A stretch of DNA of 62,403 nucleotides, the filler included. It is 6 parts of 6 records of this genome, joined end to end, with 100 filler letters (N's around TTAATTAATTAA, not from the genome) between each part and the next. Parts side by side here need not be neighbours in the genome. Positions count along the whole stretch, not along the records: positions 1 to 19,442 come from SRR2962707_2201; positions 19,543 to 31,930 come from SRR2962707_2204; 4 more parts are not named here. One strand, 5' to 3'. This document shows positions 15,201 through 23,798 of this stretch, in pieces (positions within the stretch are counted from its first letter, which is position 1; every line of letters starts with the position of its first letter). A program made the translations under genes and the position numbers. The notes beneath the pieces were generated by a model. The model saw only the letters and a program-made list of their open reading frames with translations. It ran no database searches and was not told the origin of the DNA.

Positions 15201-18200
15201 ACAGCCTCTAGTTTTCCGTGCACATCACATTGCAGTAAAGTTCCTGCCCACGCAACAGCAGCTTGATGAATACGATTGGCTTTCAAACGTCCTGGCTGCT
15301 TCTTCGTACCGCTTGTCGTGCTGATGGTCTGCATTATGGCGTTTGCGGCCTGCAAGTTCAGCGGTTTTAAGCCCCGAAGCTGTTGAGACGAAATTTCATT
15401 GCCAAAATTCATCGTGCCACGTGTCTTGATGGTGGGCATTTCCAGCCGCTGGAAGCACGCCTGTTGTCTTGGCATGTTGTATTTTCCATCGTCTAAACGA
15501 TTCACTGGATGGGAGTCGTTGAAGGTAAGTGTGTGCCCTCTCCCAATCACATCCAATATTCTGACTCCATGCGCACGTTGGAGAATATCATCCACCGTTT
15601 CGTGTCGTGTGTTGCGACGTTGATCGAGTTTCCATTCGACCACACGATCGGCTTTGTGGGTATGATTGTTAGAGGAGGTGCTTTCTGATTGCAGCTTATT
15701 AGGCGAACAAATTCGTTGTTCGTGACCCACTTCATGCGCATCACGAGTGAATTCTTCAACGTTTTTGGCATACACCGCAAGCGTATACAAGTCACGACAA
15801 TATGCAAGTATCATTGGAACAGTTAGTCTCAACCGCCCGAATCGCGGGCCGTTGGAGTCTGCAAGTTCGGCACGAATAACATGCTGCTGCTCTAACAACA
15901 ACCTCGTTGTCGTCAAATCGCCCTTCAACATGGCAATCTGCGCACCAAGCAAACAAAAGTGGCTCAAAAGTGCAATGCAATGACCACCTGACAAGAACAA
16001 GTTAACCCAGCAGCTCTGACCTGAAGAGGAGACGGGCCTCCTCGCGGAGAAATCGTACAATCAGCCTTTGCGGACACAAGCATCCGTGTGCAGAGGGTAT
16101 CACCGCTCCCTATGCTTGTTGCAACTGCATCAAGCAGAGCCGTTCGTCCGTCACGGGCGCGCCAATCAACAGGACATTTGGCTGCAATCAAGAGTCGAAC
16201 AACCTGCGTCCGACCAACAACACGGCAAAGAGCATGTACACGCATCCACCAAGAAAGAAACTGCCCATTACCCTCACTGGTAGGAGGCAACCGGGCGCAC
16301 TGAACACACACGCATAAAGCACATGAAGCGCACACCTCGGCATGGCCGTAAAGCGCAGCTTCATGCAAAGCCGTCCTTCCATGGCAGTTGGTAAGACGCA
16401 AACCACAGCTTGATCGACGGTCTGGCCTCACAAATTTCATCACGGCGCCAATGCGCCCCCATGATGCTGCAATCATCAAAGCGTGTCCACCATCAAATGC
16501 ATTTGCATCCTGAACGCTGCAATTTGCATTGAAATCGCTTAAAAGCACATCGACCACAGCTGCTCGGCCATGCAGCGCAGCAACCATGAGAGCTGAGCAA
16601 AATATTTCTTCAGCAGGAGCCTTTTCGTGAGCGGCCTTCGCATCTGCAAATTTGGACGCTACTTCAGCGGATGTCCGAGCAAACCACACACGCTTGTCGA
16701 CTTCCTCTAGTGATTCGTCATTGTATCTGATTCCACGGTAAGTGCGAAAAGCGAATTGACTAAACCAGAAGCAGAAATGGCAACTCAACGGTTGAAACAG
16801 AATGTCGGTGTGCTTCAAGTTACAAACGTACTCGAAAAAGCTTCCCTTGATCGTACGCACTGGGTCTATGAAAGGAAATATCAGCGGGAACATGACAAGT
16901 CGATTAACATCCGTGGCAGGCAGTCGGCATGCTGCAATGAGTTTATCAATGCTTCCATTTGCGGCGAATCCTATAATAGTACGTTGGCGGTGCAAATGCA
17001 ATGCAGCAACTTCGCGCTGTGCATGGCAGAGAAAGTCCCGCACATGCAAAACTACGTCCCATCCAGCTACCGGAAAGGGCAGAGAAGAAATATTTTGTTG
17101 TTCACCCGGCATCGCAAAAAAATCCAATTCCCAACAAGTCATCCACTCGTCAAACAAGGTCATTTCAGTTCGTGCACGCTCCATCTCTTCAAGCAGTTGA
17201 AATTCGGTTTGGGGTGGCAGCAACTCACGGCGCCGCTTCATCCTAAGCTCTTTTTCGCACTCCCAACGCCTACGGTGTTCAACGATTCGGGATCGAGCAC
17301 TCAACCTATGTGCGAGTGCCGCGGCAACCCTACGGCAGCCAGGATAGAGCATCGAATTCGTAGCATTGATGTACGCTGCCACATCTGCACCACCTGCAAA
17401 GGAGGAATCGCCCACAAAAAGCTCAGAAAAGAGATTGTGCAACGGCGTCCCTCCAAGGAGCGCTTCAGACGCTGGAGCAGCAACAATCAGGTGGAGAATT
17501 TGCTCAATAGCTTCGACCAGCGCGGCAGGGTTAATAAATTGCAACCTCATCAACTTTGGGGAAGTAGGTGCGTTTTCGCCTGCATCATGTACGTAGTTTG
17601 CATTGGTATCGTGCAACAACTTGTGAGCGCTAAACATGTCGATGAGCTTTTCTTCAATGTCGCTCGTCGGCGCCGATGAGGTGCGCAAAGGCCCCCTTTT
17701 TCCTTGAGAAGTGCCCATCGTTTGCGAAACAGAACGTTGAGCATTGGTTGCAGCGGATGGCGGGACCACCGCCTGAAAGGATGGGTGAATTTGGTACCAA
17801 CACCAATAACATCGTTGGGGCTGCCCACGCTCATCGAGTCTCAGCCATTGGTTGTCAGTGGCGCCTTGCACATCCCTCGAGCTTGTGCCCTTTTCTGCAC
17901 GGCTTTGGGTTCGATGATATGTGGGGTCACCCGCGCCAACTTGAGCGGAAAACGTACGAGCGGCGTAGAAATGCGAACTTAACTCGGTCAAACTGACTTT
18001 GTACAGTTCCAACAACGTGGCTGCAGTGGAGGCAGCCAGATTTTCCTCCGTCGCACAGCTCTGCACTTTGCTGACACCGTCCCTCGTCGAAGTACAGATA
18101 CGAGCATTGCGACGGTAGTATCGGCCGCCAGGTGAAAGAAGGCACAGCATTTCAAAATCTGCGGTGTGCGTCAAGAACAAGCAAAGCTTCTGCATGCGCT

Positions 18201-19071
18201 GTGACCGCACGCGCGCACCAGCAAAGTGAAGGTCCCTAACCATCGCTGCGAGCCCACATTCAACTGCAAACTCGACCTCCTGAAAACGAGTTGTGGTTGC
18301 ACCCGCTTCCACAAGAACAGCAACTATGTAGGAGTTTCCAAAACGTGCAGCCTCGCCCAGTGCTTCTTCAAAATCACGATGCCGTGCTTCGAGTTCTTCG
18401 GATGCACGCAGCCTATCTACGTAGGCGTTCACCAATGCTGAGCAGACACGTGCGTGACCATTGCGGGCTGAATATGCGAGTGCTGTGTGCCCGTACTTAT
18501 CCCGTAAGGTAATATCAACACGACGATTGTTCGCCAAGTACTGTGAAACGCTTGAACTCCCACATTCTGCCGCGAGAACCAGTGGTGGTGCGCGTCGAAC
18601 GCAAAACGACAAGCAATTTGGATTCAGTCCAACACCTTCGACAAAAAATTTTACAGCTGTGACGCGGTCGAGCTCCGCCGCAAGCAGGCACAATCTCTGC
18701 CGCCCATGAAGACGTCGCAGGAAACTTTGCACCGCATTGGTCACTCTTCGTCCCGCGTTGCAGACAACGCACCCATTCCGAGTCCTCACACACCACGGAG
18801 TCGAATGGTTCGCAAGGCTATCAATTGATGCAGCTCCCTTGCCTGCATCACCACCGCCACTCGTATTGGAATCTTGATGTCGTGCGAGGGGCAAGTTTGC
18901 TAAGATATCGCCCTCATCGGCGGGGATATTCGCCTGCAGGTACGCAGCCGCCCGCCCTTCGTGGCCGTTGAAAGCCTTGAGAGTTTGCAAAACGGCAGTC
19001 TTCGGCAGCTGTGGAAACTTCGCGGCGAGTGCCCGAAGCCGGCCCTCGACTCCAGCTGGGGCCGAAGGCAT
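216..19071 (-). CDS. Giant multi-exon ankyrin-repeat protein (~5,824 aa predicted) with N-terminal CUE-like domain, EF-hands, WW domain and coiled coils
   Basis: Eukaryotic. Manually inferred GT-AG introns (+ coordinates): 16760-16831, 16204-16335, 15938-16020, 14662-14765, 13565-13707, 11902-11992, 11444-11548, 10782-10872, 10334-10460, 4703-4819, 4322-4407, 2189-2303, 1558-1672. Removing them (1381 nt) from 18856 nt leaves 17475 nt = 5825 codons. Several junctions rebuild motifs: SPLQ|IAMLKGD, TALSKAV|YLGETSIVDLLL, GHAE|VVRLLIAAKC, K|YVNCKYNDGYTPLHVAADFGH. There are many ankyrin motifs (TPLLSAAVYGN, YPLHIAAAEGN, TALHAAAVGGH, TPLILAAAHGH). The 3' end at 216 is the ORF stop and could instead be another intron. 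Confidence 0.8.
2606..2692 (-). other. WW-like domain within the giant protein
   Basis: KWDKVETTDGSGGLVAYWTNGQSSTWEDP has the W...YW.N...STWEDP signature. Confidence 0.65.
10733..10982 (-). other. EF-hand pair within the giant protein, split by an intron
   Basis: Loops are DLDGGGTIDPEE (10947-10982) and DVDGDENVTLEE (10733-10768), each followed by F. They are joined across intron 10782-10872. Confidence 0.75.
18928..19050 (-). other. CUE-like ubiquitin-binding domain at the N-terminus of the giant protein
   Basis: LRALAAKFPQLPKTAVLQTLKAFNGHEGRAAAYL matches the CUE pattern: L..FP.l...v...L...nG...A..LL-like. Confidence 0.65.
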
Positions 19072-19418
19072 TGTTCCTGTCGATTAATACCGGTATGCCC
19101 AGCTTACAAGAAGTCATATTCAATACCTCGAGTCATTCTGATGTTGGTGCGGCAAGCAGCTTCTGTTCAGGCAGCGAAAGCTGCGGCTGCGCAGGCCACT
19201 CCTCAAATTGCTCTGAACTGGCAAGAGCAAGAAGATTGGCAGACGAATCAACAAATCAGGACGCGACGCTCCAACGAAGGAAAGGGCTGTGTGTGGACGA
19301 AAGTGGAGATGCTGCCTCGCAGCATCCAGAATCGCGAGCACGGATATATCCGTGTCACAGCGAGCCACCCTCGTCTGGGCAGAGCACAAACGGAAACAAG
19401 CAGGAAAAGTCGAACGAA

Positions 19419-19442
19419 AACAACAACAACAACAACAACAAC
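19419..19442. repeat. (AAC)8 microsatellite at contig end
   Basis: Read directly; it abuts the spacer. Confidence 0.95.
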
Positions 19443-19542
19443 NNNNNNNNNNNNNNNNNNNNNNNNNNNNNNNNNNNNNNNNNNNNTTAATTAATTAANN
19501 NNNNNNNNNNNNNNNNNNNNNNNNNNNNNNNNNNNNNNNNNN
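19443..19542. other. Artificial contig-joining spacer (44N-TTAATTAATTAA-44N)
   Basis: An identical 100-nt spacer with stops in all six frames occurs five times in the window. Confidence 0.99.
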
Positions 19543-20868
19543 GGCGGGCGAGAAGAAGTGCAGGCCGATCACGGCTTCGGGCCGCTTCACTGCCGTCGCG
19601 ATTTCGTCGATGTTCAAGGCCGAGGTGTTCGTCGCGAGGATCGCGCCTTGCTTCACGATCTTGTCGAGTTTGCCGAACACGTCCTTCTTCACGTCCATGT
19701 TCTCGAACACGGCCTCGATCACGAGGTCGCTGTCGGCGAGATCGTTCATGTCGAGCGAGCCGGTCAGAAGCCCCATGCGCTTCTCGACTTCCTCCATGGA
19801 GAAGCGGCCCTTCTTCGCGGAGTTCTCATAGTTCTTGCGGATCGTTGCGATGCCCCGGTCGAGCGCTTCCTGTTTCGTTTCAACGATGGTCACGGGGATG
19901 CCGGTATTCAGAAAGTTCATGGCGATGCCGCCGCCCATCGTGCCCGCGCCGATGATGCCGACCTTGTTCACCGGGATGATCGGCGTTTCCTTCGGCACGT
20001 CCGGCAGCTTCCAGACCTGGCGTTCGGCGAAGAAGACGTGGCGCTGCGCGGCGGACTGCGTGCCCGTCACGAGTTCGCGGAAGAGTTTCTGCTCGACCTT
20101 GATGCCTTCCTCGAAGGGCAGGTTCACCGCCGCCTCGATGCACTGGATGTTGTATTCCGGCGCGAGGAAGCCGCGCGTCTTGCGGGCGATGCTTTTGCGG
20201 AAATTCTCGAAGATCTCCGGGTGCCCGCGCGCTGCTTCGACCTTGTCGTTCAGGTCGCGCACCTTTTTCAGCGGGCGCTTCTCGGCGACGACCTTCTTCG
20301 CGAAGGCCACAGCGCCCTCGCGCAGTTTGCCTTCTTCCGCCAGCTCGTCGACGAGACCCATTTCCAGGCATTTCTTCGCACCGACATGTTGGCCGCTCGT
20401 CACCATTTCGAGCGCCTTTTCGGGGCCGACGATGCGAGGCAGGCGCTGCGTGCCGCCCGCGCCCGGCAGCAGGCCGAGGTTCACTTCCGGCAATCCGCAT
20501 TTCGCGGAAGGCACCGCCACGCGGTAGTGACAGGTCAGCGCCACTTCGAGGCCGCCGCCCAGCGCCGTGCCGTGGATCGCGGCGACGACGGGCTTCGTGC
20601 CGAATTCGATCATCTGCAGCGCGTCGAACAGGCTCGGGCCTTTCGGCGCCTTGCCGAACTCGGTGATGTCCGCGCCGGCGATGAAAGTGCGGCCTTCGCA
20701 GATCAGCACGATCGCCTTCACGGCGTCATTGTCGATCGCGGCCTTCACGCCGTTGTTGATGCCTTCGCGCACGGGCGCGGAGAGGGCGTTCACGGGCGGC
20801 GAATTGAGGGTCACGACGGCGATTTCGCCGTCGATCTCAAGCGTGGTGACATCGTTGATCGCAGTCAT
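19543..20868 (-). CDS. Bifunctional enoyl-CoA hydratase / 3-hydroxyacyl-CoA dehydrogenase (FadB/FadJ-like), 3'-truncated by contig end
   Basis: Crotonase motifs FIAGADI, ALGGGLE and PEVNLGLLPGAGGTQRLPR. The NAD-binding domain has GIIGAGTMGGGIA, IEAVFE, ATNTS and GLHFFSPA. An AGGGAG RBS precedes the ATG. Confidence 0.95.
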
Positions 20869-20912
20869 GGGCGCTCCCTGCCATTTATCGTTCTGGATTG
20901 TTGTTGACGGGG

Positions 20913-20941
20913 ATTATAGCGCCGTGCCCGCGCGGCGTCAC
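20913..20941 (-). promoter_or_regulatory. Putative sigma70 promoter of the FadB-like gene
   Basis: Minus strand GTGACG-N17-TATAAT, about 45 nt upstream of the ATG at 20868. Confidence 0.5.
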
Positions 20942-21317
20942 CAGCCGCTATGTGCAGTTGCGTGCGGGCGCCGGTCCGGGCCTGAACAGGTGAGCGCCGG
21001 CGTGCCAGGCTTCGGGCGGCGCTCTCTGCGGGCGAGGCGGAAAGGTGACGCGAGAGGAAGGAAAAGCGAGAGGCGAGGCCCGGACAGTCGCCGCCAGTGC
21101 AGCGCGGAAGCGCCCGCCTCGCAAGACCCCCGTGCCGACATCATCGCCGCCGCAGCGCGGCTCTTCCGCGCTCGACATGCAGAAGAAAGCCGAAGCGGCA
21201 AAGCCCTGAACGGTTCATTCTGCCACACTCCCGCAGGGGGAGGGTGAAGGTGCCCTCTGGATTCTCTCCGGCAGCGCAATACATTGGTGGAAAGCGGCAA
21301 ACGAGGGAGAGAGATCC

Positions 21318-22634
21318 ATGAGCGAAGAGAATGTAGCGATCGGCCGGGACTACACGCGCAGCAATGCGGAACTGGCGGCGCGATGGAAGATCGACGTCAA
21401 CCGCGATCCCTGGTCGATCCCGCTGGAAGAACTCGATCCCGCGCATGACGAGCTTTTCGGCGCGAACAAGGTGCTGCCCTATTTCGAACGGCTGAGGAAA
21501 GAAGACCCGGTTCACCTGAACGAGACCGGGCCCTATGGCCGCTACTGGTCGATCACAAAATATGAAGACATCATGTTCGTGGATACGAACCACAAGCTCT
21601 TCTCCTCCGACATCCGCAATGGCGGCATCCGCCTCGGCGGGTTGCCGCTCGAAGGCGAGCCCGATCCGCTCACCTATCTGCCCATGTTCATCATGGAAGA
21701 CCCGCCCAAGCATGACGAGCAGCGCAAGGTCGTGCAGCCTATGTTCACGCCGCAGAACCTCGCCGATCTCGAGCCCGTCATCCGCGAGCGCGCGGGCCTC
21801 ATTCTTGACGATCTGCCGCGCGGCGAGGAATTCAACTGGGTACGCCAGGTTTCGGTCGAGCTCACCGGCCGCACGCTCGCCACGCTGTTCAACGTGCCGC
21901 AGGAGGACAGGCACAAGCTCATCCACTGGTCGGACACGGTGGAGCGGATCGGCGACCCGGAATATTTCGAGACACCGGAAGACGCCTTCAAGGAACTCTG
22001 GAACTGCTGGGAATATTTCGATGCCGTCTGGAAGGACCGGCTGGAGAACCCCGGTTCCGACCTCATCTCCATGATGGCGCATGGCGAGTCGACGAAGAAC
22101 ATGCCGCCCAACGAATATCTCGGCAACATGCTGCTGCTGATCGTTGGCGGCAACGACACGACGCGCAATTCCATCACCGGCGGCGTGCTCGCGCTCAACC
22201 AGCATCGGGACGAATACAAGAAGCTGAAGGACAACCCGGATATCATTCCGAACATGGTGTCGGAAATTATCCGCTGGCAGAGCCCGGTCACGCATATGTG
22301 CCGCACGGCGATGGAAGATGTGGAAGTTCGCGGCAAGACCATCAAGAAGGGCGACAAGGTCGCCATGTGGTACGTCTCGGGCAATCGAGACGACGAGAAG
22401 ATCGAGCGCGCGAATGAATTTCTGATCGATCGCGAGGGCGCCCGTCAGCATCTTTCCTTCGGCTTCGGCATTCACCGCTGTATCGGTAACCGCGTCGGCG
22501 AAATGCAGCTCCGGATTCTCTGGGAAGAGATCATGAAGCGGTTCAGCGATGTCGAAGTCACGGGCGATCCGAAATACCTCCGCTCGAACTTCATTCGCGG
22601 CATCACCGAGCTTCCCGTCATCGTCCACGAATAG
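21318..22634 (+). CDS. Cytochrome P450, CYP153-like (alkane/fatty-acid terminal hydroxylase family)
   Basis: Motifs MFIMEDPPKHD, I-helix LLIVGGNDTTRNS, ExxR (EIIRWQSP) and heme ligand HLSFGFGIHRCIG. A GAGGGAG RBS is present. Confidence 0.93.
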   Translation: MSEENVAIGRDYTRSNAELAARWKIDVNRDPWSIPLEELDPAHDELFGANKVLPYFERLRKEDPVHLNETGPYGRYWSITKYEDIMFVDTNHKLFSSDIRNGGIRLGGLPLEGEPDPLTYLPMFIMEDPPKHDEQRKVVQPMFTPQNLADLEPVIRERAGLILDDLPRGEEFNWVRQVSVELTGRTLATLFNVPQEDRHKLIHWSDTVERIGDPEYFETPEDAFKELWNCWEYFDAVWKDRLENPGSDLISMMAHGESTKNMPPNEYLGNMLLLIVGGNDTTRNSITGGVLALNQHRDEYKKLKDNPDIIPNMVSEIIRWQSPVTHMCRTAMEDVEVRGKTIKKGDKVAMWYVSGNRDDEKIERANEFLIDREGARQHLSFGFGIHRCIGNRVGEMQLRILWEEIMKRFSDVEVTGDPKYLRSNFIRGITELPVIVHE

Positions 22635-22845
22635 GGGCAGGGGCGGGGCCGTTCCCCGCGTGGGTTTCGTCGCGTAAGCCGCGGATTTCTGCGGTGCGGC
22701 GTTCACCCGCGATCAGCGCCGGGTGCGCCTTCGTACAGCCGCCGCGGATTTTGTCATAGCGCGGGCCTCCGCCCGCCGTGCTAGATTGACCTCAACAGAA
22801 ATCACGGAAATCAGGGAAGGGGCGCTCCGGCGTCTCTCGATCATT

Positions 22846-23790
22846 TTGAGTAGTGAAGAAAATACGGCCGTCACGGCCATCGAGGCCGTCCGCAAAGGCT
22901 TCGAGACGCGCGGCTATATCTGCAACGCACATATCGCGACCTCCATCTTCATTGCCGAGAAGCTGCAGAAGCCGCTTCTCGTCGAAGGCCCGCCCGGCGT
23001 CGGCAAGACCGAACTTGCGAAGGCGACGGCGGAGCTTGTGGGCAAGCCGCTCATCCGGCTTCAGTGCTATGAGGGGCTCGACGAAGCGAAGGCGCTCTAC
23101 GAGTGGAAATACGGCAAGCAGCTTCTCTATACGCAGGTGCTTAAGGAAAAGCTCGGCGACCTCATGTCCGGCGCGCAGGGACTGAAAGAGTCCATGACGC
23201 GGCTGCATGACTTCGACGACACGTTCTTTTCCGAAGAGTTCCTGGAGCCGCGCCCGCTTCTGAAGGCGCTCTGGCAGCCGGGCGGTGCGGTGCTGCTCAT
23301 CGACGAAATCGACAAGTCGGACGACGAGTTCGAGGCGTTCCTGCTCGAACTTCTTTCCGACTACCAGATTTCCGTGCCGGAGCTCGGCACGATCAAGGCG
23401 CGTACAACGCCCATCGTCTTCCTCACCTCCAACAACACGCGAGAGATCGGCGACGCGCTGAAGCGCCGCTGCCTGCATCTCTATATTCCGTTTCCCGACA
23501 CGGACCTTGAACAGCGGATCATCGCGTCCCGCGTGCCGGAAATGGAAGCGCGGCTCCGCACGCAGCTTGTCGCCTTCGTGCAGGGGCTCCGTCAGCTCGA
23601 CCTGAAGAAGCTTCCCGCCGTCAGCGAAACCATCGACTGGGCGCGCACGCTCGTTCTTCTCCATGCGCGTGAACTCGACGCGGATCTTGTCCGCAACACG
23701 CTCAATGTCCTCCTCAAGTTCCAGGACGATATCGACAATGTGGACGGCGAAGTGAACGCGCTGCTGGCAAAGGCCGTGCAGGCGGGGTAG
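22846..23790 (+). CDS. MoxR-family AAA+ ATPase (CoxD-like)
   Basis: Walker A GPPGVGKT, RLQCYEGLD, Walker B LLIDEIDK and DALKRRC. The start is uncertain: TTG at 22846 was chosen, and the ORF is open from 22723. Confidence 0.9.
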   Translation: MSSEENTAVTAIEAVRKGFETRGYICNAHIATSIFIAEKLQKPLLVEGPPGVGKTELAKATAELVGKPLIRLQCYEGLDEAKALYEWKYGKQLLYTQVLKEKLGDLMSGAQGLKESMTRLHDFDDTFFSEEFLEPRPLLKALWQPGGAVLLIDEIDKSDDEFEAFLLELLSDYQISVPELGTIKARTTPIVFLTSNNTREIGDALKRRCLHLYIPFPDTDLEQRIIASRVPEMEARLRTQLVAFVQGLRQLDLKKLPAVSETIDWARTLVLLHARELDADLVRNTLNVLLKFQDDIDNVDGEVNALLAKAVQAG

Positions 23791-23798
23791 GGCGCGCG

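Noticed and set aside
19120-19400. Possible last exon(s) of an upstream minus-strand gene (SEQFEEWPAQPQ...)
   Set aside because: No consistent splice model or motif could be built before the contig end.
19487-19498. TTAATTAATTAA recurring five times as a possible biological repeat or insertion site
   Set aside because: It is always centred in 44-N flanks and is a six-frame-stop assembly linker.
19558-20907. 449-aa plus-strand ORF
   Set aside because: Antisense shadow of the FadB-like gene in high-GC DNA, with no motifs.
21141-22706. 521-aa minus-strand ORF overlapping the P450
   Set aside because: Antisense shadow ORF caused by GC3 bias. The sense strand carries all P450 motifs.
22678-22752. 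11-nt direct repeat GCCGCGGATTT between the P450 and MoxR genes
   Set aside because: Only two short copies in GC-rich DNA, insufficient for a CRISPR, REP or operator call.
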